Below, one piece after another: positions 22,997 to 35,902 of a stretch of DNA of 64,000 nucleotides (position 1 is the first letter of the stretch; each line of letters opens with the position of its first letter). Under the pieces are notes generated by a model that was not told the DNA's origin, did no database searches, and saw nothing but the letters and a program-made list of their open reading frames with translations. Made by a program: the position numbers and the translations under genes. The stretch is from Podarcis tiliguerta (taxonomy: Eukaryota): NCBI GenBank assembly GCA_965153285.1, contig OZ229116.1. One strand, 5' to 3'.

Positions 22997-25088
22997 GGAG
23001 AAACCACACTTGAAGAACTGACTTTGCTGTTTATATATGTGATGTGATGCGATAGCTGCAGTAGGGAACACTGAATGGGCACTGCGCTTTTAGGGAACAA
23101 CTCTTGGGCTCTGTACACAGTCCCATTTACTCTGCACCCAGTGCAAACTCCCTACATTGGTTTCGGAAGCATCTGATATTAACCATAATCCATATCTATC
23201 CTGTATCAATCCTGCCATTTCTTAAGAGATACTGAGTTATCTGCATCCCCCTGCCCCAAATCAGCTCTGAGCTGAGCTGAGAAAAAGAAGAACCCAGCTG
23301 CACTTTAAGTCAGTAATGCACAAACAGCTTTTGTGTAGGGAGTGCCTCTTACCTGTATGGCCCCATGGCTCCTCTGGAATCCAAGGCGGCCCCTTTGCTG
23401 AAGGAGGCGCTTTGATGCTTGTTAGTACATTAAATGAAGTTCTCTATGACCTGCAGATTTTCTCTGCACAGGCCAGTAGGTTCTGATACACAAAGTTGCG
23501 AACTTTCCATAAATGTTGTTAAGACAAACAGGAATAACCAAGACTAGTTTGTTAAGGGTGCTGGGAATTGTAGCTCTAGGGGGTAAACTACGGTTTCCAT
23601 TATTCTTTTGGGAAGCAATGCTTGTTAACATGCTATGAGTGTGCTTTAAGTGTATGGTTTGGATGTGACAGGATAGATACAGTGAGTTTCTGGAATTCAT
23701 GTGTAGAATATTTTTATAAAATAATGCTTTATTGTTGTTGTAAGCTGCCCACTAAAATTAAAATGTATTTTCAAATGTGCATCAAGTTATGAATTAATGG
23801 GATGCCCAAGAATAAGCAATGTAGGAAAGAAAATGCCTAATGGTAAAATGTCTATTTTAGAAATATTTTTTTGTAAAAGAGACAGAGAGAGACCCACAAA
23901 GCTTTCTTGTGACCACAAACTTGTCATAATTTATAGAAAACAAAGCTCTAAAATTTAATTTTAACAGATTCGGGTTCTGACTGTGCCACACAGAGCACCT
24001 GCCGAACAGGGGAAGGAAAATACATTTTAATGGTTTTAAAAGGAAGGAGTACATTCCATTTTAATACTGAAGTAACAGGAAGAGGAAGAAGCACAAAAAT
24101 AAAATTAATATAATATACCAATATATTTATTGGCAGTGGCAATAACTTGGTGTTACAAGATCATTTCGCAAAGAAAATAAAGTGTATTTTGTGGTTGAAC
24201 AGAAGTGGTTTCTGTTGCATAGCATGCCTAAACACAGAAGCTAAGAGCAAGCAAAATTGCCCTTTTTAGAAGAATCCCTTAGCTCATTGAAAATCCTCAG
24301 CCCTTTTAGCACTCTTACCTCAGGAATGCAGATTACAAGCAGCAAACGGAAAGTAATCCACAAATAGCTTTGGAATTATGTTCAAAAAATTGTCCTTTCA
24401 AATTTTTGGTGTTTTGTTTGTGTTTTAAGCCTCAGAGTCCGGGGAGTGTGCGTTCGGATACAAAATGGCTTAAGAAACACTTTGCAATTGGAACTAAGCA
24501 GTATGAAGGGGGGGAGGCTGCACCCACTAATTTTACAACCATCCATCGGCTTCTTCTAGAATGAAAGCTGGTCACAAAAACGGAGTTCTCTCTGACAGGT
24601 CTGGCCACCTAAGATTAAAAGAAAAGGATGGCCTAATTCCTATAGCAGCGAATGGGTCAGTGCAGGTAGGTCTCCATTGGTCCCTGTCTTCCTAACACTG
24701 CAGGCCACTGCCGATTACTGAGAGCAGTAGGGAACCTGGCATGTGGCAGTGCATGGCTACCCAGCCAATCCCCCCCCCCATGCAGCTGCAACAGAGCTCC
24801 ACCAACCACTACTGACTGATTCAGATGCAACAGCAAAACCACTTCCGAACTCGAGAGGAGGTGGAGTTGCGGGCTTCACGCCCTCTCCACATGCACGGGG
24901 GCTGGCTCTCAGCCTCCACGCTATTGAGGGGATCCCTGGCTGCATCATCCCCTGGCCAGCCAATCAGCTGGCCTAGGGGGGGCGCGGCTTGCGTGATATC
25001 ACCCTGGCGCGGCCAGGGATCTCCCTCTTTTGCCGCCTCAGCTCATTGGGTTTCCCACCCTCCCACCCTTTAGGTTTTCCTTTTGACC

Positions 25089-25191
25089 TTGCTATGCACC
25101 TCGGTTGGTCGCCGTTAAGGGGCCTGGTAGGAATTTTTTCCACTTGGCGAATTGGCACCAGCCACTTGGTTTTTTGCCTACCTCATAGCAA
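25089..25191 (+). ncRNA. ENE-like U-rich internal loop (putative poly(A) triple-helix stability element)
   Basis: GGUAGG-AA-U6-CCA...UGG-U6-G-CCUACC (25126-25182), closed by outer helix UUGCUAUG/CAUAGCAA. Confidence 0.65.
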
Positions 25192-25490
25192 ATCGTCACA
25201 ACTTCCTCGGCATTGGCGGTTAGGCATTGGTAGGGGTATTGTCACCTCCCCCGAATATTGAAGGGTAGTCCGGTAAAGGATTCCGGGGGGCGTGGCCCTG
25301 TCCGAAGCCTATGAAGGTGAGGGCCTAAGGCACGCCCCCGAGCAGTGACCCCGGGGGAGTTCCTAGTTCATGTGGATCAACAGGACTCCCCCTACTGGTC
25401 GTTAACCCTTCCCGGTCTTCAAGCAATTGGGCTGAAGCCGGATAGTCGGTTAGGACCAATGCCTAAGCCAATACCGTTCATTCCTGTAAC

Positions 25491-25550
25491 AATAAAGTTA
25501 TGTCCTTTTTTTGCCCATTAACCTATATATTTGTGTCATGTGTCTTTATT
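25491..25550 (+). terminator. Polyadenylation signal with downstream GU-rich element
   Basis: AATAAA followed ~35 nt later by ttgtgtcatgtgtctttatt. Confidence 0.6.
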
Positions 25551-28500
25551 TCCACAGGGGGGAGGCAAGAACTCACCACGCAAACCATAGTTTTCTGTTA
25601 TGTGTAGAATTCCCATTCATGGGTTGGCTTGGCCCAGTAGATGGGAGTCACTTGGTGGAAAGCTAGAAGGATGGAGCTAAGCTTTGATCTGCTGAGGAAA
25701 CTTAATAATATTTATGTGGTCATCGCTTGGTTCATTAGCAAAGGGATGTGTATTGGCATCTTGTGGAAGACAATTGTTCTCTGGAGGAGATTTAGGTCAT
25801 GTGCAACAATACTCCTTGCATGCCTAGAGATCCTGTGAGGCCTGAGGCCTTTAAGTAGTTATGTCTGTTTCCTATGTATTTATTCCATACTATAATAGTT
25901 TCGTATGTCCAGCTATGCTGAGACAGCACTAGGTGGGGATGGTAACCTTCTAGATAAAGTTCTGTGAGGAGTTCCGTGGTGACTCGCATTGCAGGGAGTT
26001 TCCACTAGTCTTAGACTGCTTATCACACATTAAATTGAACTTCATTTTGGTGGGAATGCATAAATAACCCAAACACCAGATGTGACATAAATACTAGGTG
26101 TGGCTTATGTAGCCCCAAAACTATGTAAGTCCCAAGAACAGGGGTCCATTCATTGTCAGTTAAGAGGTTCTCCAGCAACCAGAAAAGACGTAAGAGAATT
26201 GCAATGCTTTCTAGCTTTCTTTGAGCTATTTAATGAAATATTTAGCATTCACTCCATTTTGTGTTCATTGTGTTCCAAATCCAAAAAGAACATTTGCCCC
26301 TGGGCAAAACAGGTATTTTACATGTGTTTAATGGTTTTTAAGATGTTTTTAATAGTATTGTGTTGTTGTTTTGTTTTAGTAGAACAAAATCATCATAGAA
26401 AACAAGTATGAAATATTTGAAGTTGCATTTGCATGTTGCCGTACACACCAGAGAGGGAAAAGGGTATCTTCTCCCAGTGCACATTTCCTGATTTGTTCCT
26501 TAACTGGTTCCTATCTGACTGTATCCCTGGCTCAGTAAAGTCCTTGTTCCAAGCACAGGGGTTTATCTGACCTCAATGCCTGATTAGTAAAATACTTTTC
26601 CCAGACACAGGAGAACTAAGATTCCAACCCAGGGCACTCCTAAGTAACCAGTGACCTTCACTATAGATGTTACTCCTATAGATAGCAATCGCTTTGATAC
26701 CACAAACAGCTAAATCCCTTTATTACTTTTCTCTTCTTCCATAGAATTTGCAGGATAATTCTAAAATTACATGCTTTAAGGAGCAGAGGAGAAAATACAG
26801 CTGCTGATGCTACTGACTTTTTGAAGAACAGAATCAAAATTAGCAAGGTGTATCTGAATATGGATTCAGTTTAAGAAATCTGTTTTTATAGGCATACAAG
26901 TAAACATTTAAAATTTGATTTTATGCCTTTTTCTACTCTACTCCTCCTTTTGAAGGATAAATTAATGCAATGATACAATAGGAAGGTTTCCTTTTTGGCC
27001 AATGTGAGATTTTTCTACTTAAGGGTATTTAGGACTTGGGAAGAGCAACATAAACCCAGTGTTCTAGTTCACCACACAATGGAAAATATATGCTAGGAAA
27101 ATTAAGGCTGTAGTTCCAATGTCATGATCCACTATGGTTTCCACTGCATATTTACTTGTTTTTCACACCATGGTTCTTCCACATAGGCTTCTGAAGGGGT
27201 TCTAGAAGCCTTGATATTTCAGAAGATGGATGGCTTGTGGTCTCGTTGATGTGGCTCCAAAGAGGTTGCAGTCATTTGTTGCTTTTCCTGAAAACTTAAG
27301 AACCGCAAGCAGCTGGATCATTCTGTATTTGTATCTGGGAAGTACTAAACCACATCCCTGATTTTTATCCAATCCACTTTTACAGTAATTGAAACCCACA
27401 GTAAAAATGTGGTGTTCATTAGAGTCTTGACTGAACCTGCAGTTTTCCACTAATTAAGTGAAACGTGTTCCTTCGCTCTCTCTGTCTCTTAAGCAGCTCT
27501 AGTGTAGAAAAGCTCCAACAACCTTCTTGTCTTCAAAAATGTTTCTTAAAACCAGATACGGACACAAAAACAATGTCATTTGTGGCCTCCATGAGCAGCA
27601 GGAGCCATTTCTGATGCAACCATTATAAGTTTCCTACAGTCAAATCACAAACTATCTGTGTTAGGGCAGGTTCACTGAATGCGATGCAACTCACATCATT
27701 CCTGACGATTGGCCATGCTGGCTGTAGTTGGAGTCCATCCCCATCTGGAAAGCACCACTTCTAAAGGCTATGTTAGGACGTAGGTATAAGCCAAATGACA
27801 TGGAAGCTGCACCAGCCACATAGAAGGCAATGGCAGGACACATAATCTTTTCTCCCCAACTCCTTCTCCTTGGCAGAGGAAACACCGTGTCTCTGTAGGC
27901 AAAGTTGGTGTGTATGTCTCAATACAGCCACAGGAAGATAAGAAGCTGCCATATACTAGGTCAGATTGTTTCACCTATCTAGTCAAGTATTTTCTTCTGG
28001 CAGTGGCCTTTGAGGATCTCTGGCAGTGGCCTTTTGCATTGCTTAGTGCACTATCTAACCCCTTCCTAAGGGAATACACCAGGCATTGACTCTGAGACCT
28101 TCTGTATGCAATGCATGTGCTCAGCCACCAGAGCTGGCTCTGCCATGAGCCCAACTGAGGTGAATCGCTTCAGTGGTAGATTTCAGAGGGATAGTGGATC
28201 GGGGTCCGAGAGCTCACCTGGTTCCACCCTTCCTGACTGGCTACCTGCTTGGTGTTTAGTTGTGTTTTATATTATGTTGGAAGCTGCTCAGAGTGGCTGA
28301 GGCAACCCAGTCAGATGGGTGGGGTATAAACAAACTTTATTATTATTATTATTATTATTATCATCATCATCATTATTTTCTGTGATAAGAAAAGTGATGG
28401 GAAAACACACTGAATAGGGAGGGATAAAACCCACTTGGATGCAGCATCAAACCTCCCTGCAAACAAACCAGAATGGATGCTCATTAAATGGTCAATGTTG

Positions 28501-28775
28501 TCTAAACTTTCCTTATTGTAGCTTATTGATTTATTTTATGCATATTATGGTGAGCATTTTAGGTTGTTTTTACTCTTGCTTTTATATTTGTTCTTAATGT
28601 TAGTTTTCGTAAGCTGTTCTGAGTTTACCTTTTGATGGGCAGGGGGCATGCAAACAAAACAGGATAAATGATTAATAAACAACTTGTCCAGAAGTCCCCA
28701 GTGGGTTGATAATATGGAGCTAGATGGACCAACTATCAACAGACAGCAACTACCCAGAGTTCCAGTCAGCTAGTA

Positions 28776-29181
28776 TAGCGATGGGCAACTCTGTCACTCT
28801 TAGTTTCTCATTTTTCCAATCTAAAGTTCAGATCTCCACATTTACACTTCGGTCTGCAAGTCCACATGAAAATTCACCAGCATTTTCGTGCAAACTTCTA
28901 ATATACACATTTGTGTGCAATTTTGCCTAATGGGCACATTTCTGCAAAACAATTTCCCCCTAACACAATTTTGTCTGCTTTTTTGCAGATGTGTGAATTC
29001 TTATGTGCACATTACTCTGGTATGCGCATCCTTGCACACAATATTTGCCTGGAAGAGTGCACTGCAAAATTCAGAGAAGTGCAGATTGCATAGGATGGCT
29101 GAGTTTTGCTTCTCGTATTGTGTTGGAAAGTGTAGCTTCACCTTTAACTGCAAATTGAATGGAATTTCTCCCCCACTTCTA
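28776..29181. mobile_element. hAT-like TAGGGATGGG family, copy 4
   Basis: tagcgatggg...cccacttcta ends. Internal homology to the other copies. Confidence 0.75.
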
Positions 29182-30723
29182 GTAGTGTTGGTACTGAACT
29201 CCACAAACTTGTCTAGAGACCCATTTTAGAATGCCCTGGCTCTGAGATGGGTAAGATGTAAGAACAGCTCGGGCCTTCTCTGAGGCTTCTTTATCCCTTT
29301 CTATGCCTGGTGACATCAGTGGCCATACAACAGGGCTTTGTGTTAACTGTGCCCCCCTCCAAGAGTGGATCTGAGCCCTCTCCTTCTTGGGTGATTCTTA
29401 GTGTGAGTTGGGAGGCTTATTTAGCACCAAAGCCTTCAGTGTTACCCTAACCATTGGATAGTCCCTCTTGTCTACAGGGATGAGGGATTTCACCTATGAT
29501 TTTCAGGATTTATGTGGACTCTGCAACCCCTTCCAAGGAAATCAGTGCAATGAAGGATGGACTCTAACCCTATACTAGTTCAGTGTGCTATATTGTTGTT
29601 CTTAGTCTGCGACTGGGTTCTGTTTTATGTTTTTCAAAGAAGCATATACATCATCAGGTAATACATTCCATGCCATTCATTTCCCCGCTCAAACGCGGAG
29701 CCTAAAAGCAACCAGAGAGAGAAACACCTTTCAATCCATCATCAGACTTTACTTAAACAAGGCCAAGCACAAGCCTTCACTTGGCATTTCGATGGCACCA
29801 AAACTCTGAGAAAAGTTATATACCTGAGATTTCATATGCAGAATTATGACCTCACTTTTTAAAAAGAATCGTTGGCAATATTTCTGGAACGAATTCAGAA
29901 AACGCCATTTTCTGTAGGAAACACATTTCCAGAAAACTGTTTCCTACATGGAGAAGCACTGAATAAGTGGAATGACAAATGTTCTCCTTCGGAGGAAAAT
30001 AAGGGTGGTGGTTGGGAAAACCTTTTCATCTGAAGTTGTTCATATTGGCAGCACCATGGATTTGTGAAGGTTCCAAATACTCATTCCTGCATCATTTGAG
30101 TTCTTCATTAAAGCCTGATTGGAGTAAAGCCCTCACCCAACAAGCTGATCTGATTCAGCAGTGTTTCAACACGATGTGTCTCACTCAGTGAAGTGAATGC
30201 AGAGCTGTTTTAGAGTCAAGACAACTGGCTTTCTTTCTACCAAACAAGAAGGGCTGGGTTAGCAATATCCATGCTTTGCATCATTTGGAGCAGGTTCACA
30301 GAAGTTGGTGAGACTATTCTTGAGCCAATGATTTGAGGCAAGGATCACCAACTTCCTTGGGCCTGTGGGCGTATTTGCAAAGTAGAGCACCAAGGGCATC
30401 ACACATGTGCCATAATATCACATGCCCAGCAACCATGCGTGTGCGCACATGCAGGCACAATGAAAAGCCTTGGCAGGTGCCAAGGATTGCCTAACGCTGC
30501 CACTGGCTCTTCCTGAAATCACCCAAACACTCTGTCATCCTACTCTGGAACAAAACCACCTGCCTCAAATATAAAGTATTGTTTCTCCTTAGCCTGGTCC
30601 TCCTGTTTCTTTACTTCACAGTCAGGGGCCCAATCAACAAAGCAATTCCTCTTGCAAAAGCTCCCATTCATTTCAGTTGAGCTTCAGTGGAGTTCATGAA
30701 TTCCTCCCAACACACATGCTCAC

Positions 30724-30989
30724 GAAGAAGAAGAAGAAGAAGAAGAAGAAGAGTTTGGATTTGATATCCCGCCTTTCACTCCCTTTAAGGAGTCTAAAAG
30801 CGGCTAACATTCTCCTTTCCCTTCCTCCCCCACAACAAACACTCTGTGAGGTGAGTGGGGCTGAGAGACTTCAAAGAAGTGTGACTGGCCCAAGGTCACC
30901 CAGCAGCTGCATGTGGAGGAGTGGAGACGCGAACCCGGTTCCCCAGATTACAAGACTACCGCTCTCAACCACTACACCACACTGGCTCT
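30724..30989 (-). mobile_element. Squam3-type tRNA/CORE SINE with (CTT)n tail
   Basis: Head agagccagtgtggtgtagtggtt...ggttcgcgtctcc. CORE-like gggtgaccttgggccagtcac. L2-like 3' end. Closely matches 59258-59507. Confidence 0.88.
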
Positions 30990-32836
30990 TAGCGATACTT
31001 CCATCAACACAGTTTTTTAGGAATACACACACAAGCAATTTCCATGTCAAGAATTAAAGCAATGAAAAGACTTATGCCCATATTTACTTACTTATGAATC
31101 AGACATGGGTAAGTCAAGAGACCTGGAAGCACAGAAGCAGGACCATGTTTGACTTGAGAATCACGCCCATGTGTGATTTCCATCACAGTACTTGTGAATA
31201 ACCTTCCACAAGTGGGGGGGAGTGACAACAATAATGGTCTGCCTTGTAACTTATTTATTTCAACAACAACAACCTGTTAGGGGTGGGTTTTTCCTTGATT
31301 ACGTGCTCTGGTCCCCATAAAGGCAGAAATCAGAGAGATTTTTTAATTCAGAGACTCAATAACCTTTTAGATAATAAGGCTGTTAACAGGCTTCTGTAGC
31401 CAAAGGGGCATGAGCTCTGCCTTGGCTAGTAGCCTCTTGGGTCTGTAGATAAAAAGTGGTGTGGAAGGTTACAGAAAGGAACTGAATCAAAAGAGCAGTA
31501 CCTTTCAGCTCCCAAAAACTTTCATATCATCTCCCATTGACCCTCGAAAGCTCTTAACTCCCACTTCCTACTAGAACTTTCCCCTTTCAAGACAATTTAT
31601 GCACTCTGACATAAACTGGTTAATGGGGCCATTCTACCACAAATGTGGAAACAAGTTGATCTTCATTGACCTAATATCTTGTATTAAAGCTTAGTAAGTT
31701 TTCTGTCAGGTCAAAGGATACGTCCATGAAACTCCACGGGTCCTCAACCACAAAATGGCCCTGAGGTAACATTCAGTATTTGATGGATTCTGCTGTGTGT
31801 ACAGTTCATCCACCACAGAACCATTCACTGTACCCGACCGTAATGTTTCTACTCAACAAGCTAATTAAAATTTCCTCTATTATATACAACATTAATGATG
31901 AGGTAATAGTTTATCACATAAATGTCTGACGTTTTTGGCATGAGGGAGCCTGCTCTTTTTGGAGGTTGAAATGACAGAGGTTACATAAATGCCAGTTATT
32001 CATTTTACATCTGTAGAAGATCAACATTAAAATGAGAAACCAATCCGCCAAGTCCTGAGAACTCCGAACAAGAGTAGCTAGCAATCAAGCCCCCATGAAT
32101 ATAAATGAGATGTTTTATGATGACTAAAGCTTACATAAGAAGTTGTTAGTTGAACTGGTCTACTCTTGGGTTTTTTGTTTCTCTGATTATGGGCCACATT
32201 CAATTATTAGTTGTACTGACTTCAAAAAAAGGCTGGTGCCCTTCAACTTAAGTGCTGCCTTCGGTTATGAATTCAATCATGGGAGCGAGTTGCTGAGGCC
32301 ATATTTTATTACCAGTATTTGTGCATCCATGCTGGCTTCATAAAGCTTTACAGGGACAATTCAATGTGTTTATGTTGACCTTTAAATCCAATGTCAAAGG
32401 GTCAGTCTACTCCAATATAATCTTCATAATCATCATAATCTTGCAGCTATCCAGAAGGTAGCTCTATCAATGATAGAGCATCTTATTTGCATTTAGAACA
32501 GCCTGGTCCAACGTTTGGCCTAAGGGCCACTTGTGGCCCTCTAGGCTTCTTCTTTTTTTGGCAGCCTGGAGAAATATTTGACACCCACCACCCCAGCCCT
32601 TACACAGCCTTCCCAAAACTTGGTATGAAAGGCACTGGGCTTTGGGAAGGAGACATGAGGGCTCTGCTCTGACAGGGTCCTAGACTCTTCCTGACTCTTT
32701 CTCAAAGCCTAGTTATCACTTTTCCAGCTTTGGGAAGAAGGTTGGTGGTTTCTAGAACCCTTGTGCCTCCTTCCCAAACACTGCACCTCACTTAGCCAGC
32801 TTTGGGAAGGCAGTGTGAAGACTCCATATTGAAGTA

Positions 32837-33203
32837 CAGTGGTGCCTCGCAAGACGAAAAGAATCCGTTCCGCGGGTCTTTTCGTCTTGCGGTTTTTTCG
32901 TCTTGCGAAGCAAGCCCATTGACGGAGTAGCGCTATTAGCGCTATTGACATTTTAAGGGCTAAAAACAGCTTTTTAACGCTTGGGAGATTAGCGGTTTTG
33001 CTGCTAAAATGCTTTTAGCACCTTAGCGATTCAAAATAAGGGGTTTTGGAGCGGAAAAAAAATTCAAAATTTTTCGTCATTTTTCGTCTTGCGAAGCAAG
33101 CCCATAGGGAAATTCGTCTTGCGAAGCGCCTCTGCAGACGGAAAACCCTTTCGTCTTGCGGGTTTTCCGTCTTGCGAGGCATTCGTCTTGCGGGGCACCA
33201 CTG
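32837..33203. mobile_element. Tigger/pogo-like MITE family B (divergent subfamily)
   Basis: TIR cagtggtgcc(t/c)cgcaagacgaa. TA TSD. Confidence 0.92.
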
Positions 33204-34884
33204 TACATTGATTTAGAAGATCTCAGGTTCAATCCCCAGGTAGGGTTGGGACAGAGAGACACTCACACCATCCGAAACCCTGGCAAACCACTGCCAATTG
33301 GCATTGGTAGTCCTGAGCTGGATGAACCAATGGCCTAACTCTGTGTAAGGCAGCTTCCTATCTGAGAACACCCACTTCCAGTTATGGCCACCTACATTTA
33401 TAACAAAATTATCAGCTTACAGTTATACAGACAATACAAATGCACATAGATGGGTCTTGTCTACAGCCAACCCACAAGTCAAGGGCACCTTTTCTATGGA
33501 GATTTGTGAAACGCCTATGCTTGAGCTTCATTAATAAACATGGTGTGGTTTTATTTGAACTAGGCCTTGATGGCGGGATGAATTATTGCAAATAAATAAA
33601 CATGCAGCAGAGTCCTCTGCATATTTCCTCAGAAACTGTCCAAAAGTAACAATTGGTTAATGTTTTTATTCAGTGCTTTTTTCTGGGAGGGGGGATGCAT
33701 GGCTACGCATACCCCTAAACATTTTTTTTAGAAAAAAAGCACTGATTTTATTAAGACCATGTGACATTTTAGATAGTCCCAATAAAGGTATTGCTGTTAC
33801 TTTTGTTTTTCTCAAGGGCTCATCATGTCTACTTACCTTAACTATATATTTTTTTAATCCACTAAATTCATTTGGCCTTATTCCTATGCAATTGTGCATT
33901 GAATTGCAACCAATTCATTTTAACAATAATAATAAATCTGTATTTGTTACAACTTTATGTTTTCTTCCAGTGCAGTCTATACCTGGCCATGTAGAATTAC
34001 ATGCTATCACGTTCAATGCCCTTTACACTCCAGTAAGTGCATTTCAGAGTGCAGCCTAATGCAATGCCTTTGCATCCTCTACTTCAGTATCGTGTCCTGT
34101 TATTCATATCCAAAGAGCTGCTGCTGACAGTTCATTCTGAACACTTTTCAAAAACAGCCAAACAATAACAGCACAGGTCTAATCCTTCATTGCTTCTGAT
34201 ATTAAGCCAACCCTGGCGATGCCATCTCAGTTTTGGTCCTATTAACACTGAGTGAATAGGAGAGTTTGCTATGGAGACGGGTTAAAAATGTAACCATAAA
34301 TAGAAGAGCCAATCTTTCAATAATATCAGTTTAAGAAAACAAGAGGTGACTGACTGTTGCACTGTTGTAATGAAATTACCCATGTATGGCAGTTTCGGTG
34401 AGGTTTTGTTTGTTTTTCCATGGGATCTGAGGGCATCATGCACACAGACTTTACCCGAGGAATGTATCTGAATGAATGATTTCATTTGTTCCTTCTTAAA
34501 AATGGATAAAGTCATTGCCTTCTGCTTAGTGTACCAAACAGCTTAAAAGCAAAGTGACGGTTGTTTTCCTATTAACACTAAATGGTCATTAACCCAAAGA
34601 TCAAACGGAGGTGAGTCAAGTAGCCCCTCGTTCCTCAGAGACTCTCTCCCGATGCTTATCCCAAAAGGATTAGAGACCGGCCCTAATGCCTGGCCAGAGA
34701 GCAGTGGAGCTGAAGCGAGAGGATGGAGCCACTGCTTCATTCAGAGCTCGCCAAGGCCAGGGCAGAATGTGGGAGACAGGGGGTTTTTGACCCTTCGCTT
34801 TTGCTGCACCAGCTCCAGGATGGCACAGCAAAGAGGCCCAGAGTGAGCTCCTCTCCTGCTACTGCAACAGTTTATGTGATTACG

Positions 34885-35580
34885 GAAGGCGAGGGGGATT
34901 CAGTTTAGTTTGCATTTAAAGGCAAGCCTACCTAAGCAGTTTCCGAAGCAGTCATGTGAACCAAAGCACAGCCATCCTTCGGAATTCACATTTCTCCGAG
35001 TTTTGTAATGCGGTTCTCCGGCAACCTAAAGTGTACCAGTTTGTTATCTTTAACTTTTGATAGTTTTCTATTAATATTACTTTTATGTATGTGTCAAACT
35101 CTGAAGATTTATATTTGGAATAAAAGAAGATACATACAGGGAGAAGATGGACAGAAGAAGAAGGGATTTGTGTCGGAGATAGGTTAGAGTGGTTTTCCTC
35201 AGGATGAGAGGCTGAGAAAGGTGGAGGCTATCTCAGGTGAGAGCTGGGGAAACTCATATCTCAGTATGTGAATTGAGGATTAAGATAAAAGGCTGATAGG
35301 GGGCTATATATGTATAATCTCTCCTCTTTCTCTTTCTCTTTCTCTCTCTCCTTTTTTATTTTATTTTTCCTCTTTACTCTTTGGATTGTCTGTTCATATT
35401 AGATCTGTTTGGTTTGGTTTTTTAGTGTATTATATGTTGAAAATGTTTAATAAAACTGAAGGGGGGAAGGAAAAAATAGCTAGCTAGCTAGCTAGCTAGC
35501 TAACTAACTAACTAACTAACATGTATCAAAACACATATACTTGGGTAAAGTGTGTTCATAAATGCATCTATTAGTGGGAC
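34885..35580. mobile_element. Partial hAT-like TAGGGATGGG copy interrupted by a LINE (L1-like) 3' UTR at ~35039-35515
   Basis: The hAT sequence resumes after the insert. The insert ends with aataaa, an A-rich run and (TAGC)n(TAAC)n. Degenerate TSD acctaaagtgtacca / actaacatgtatca. Confidence 0.6.
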
Positions 35581-35816
35581 ATTTGCAAGCACAGGTAGTT
35601 TAACAGGTAATGTCTATAAACCATGCCATCTATTATGGCAGCATACACCAGCCTCCCTGGAATGAAGCATCAGTCAGCATTTCCATTACAATGACTTATT
35701 CCGAAAGCTTAAAATTAGACTGTAAAAAATATCTGCTCCAACATGATCTTGCCATCTTGTGAATACTGGCGTATCACCTAGCTCTTTGCAATCACAAAAA
35801 CTACAACAAAAATAAT

Positions 35817-35902
35817 CTGAAGAAGTGTGCATGCACACGAAAGCTTGTACCCAGAACAAACTTAGTTGGTCTCTAAGGTGAAAGTGGACAATTTTTTTAT
35901 TT
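35817..35902 (+). mobile_element. 86-bp Penelope pLTR 3' end with minimal hammerhead core
   Basis: CTGAAGA A GTGTG CATG CACAC GAAA GCTT. Perfect 13-bp TSD caacaaaaataat (35804-35816, 35903-35915). Homologous to the ends of the 9437-10193 element. Confidence 0.9.

Larger units (their letters stand above)
24737..25582 (+). mobile_element. CpG-rich non-coding retroelement terminal repeat (solo LTR or Ngaro/DIRS-type repeat)
   Basis: CCAAT 24960-24964, GC box ~24976-24987, AATAAA 25491-25496, GU-rich tract 25531-25550. Tentative TG...CA ends with 4-bp flanking AACC. The 5' boundary is uncertain. Confidence 0.65.
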
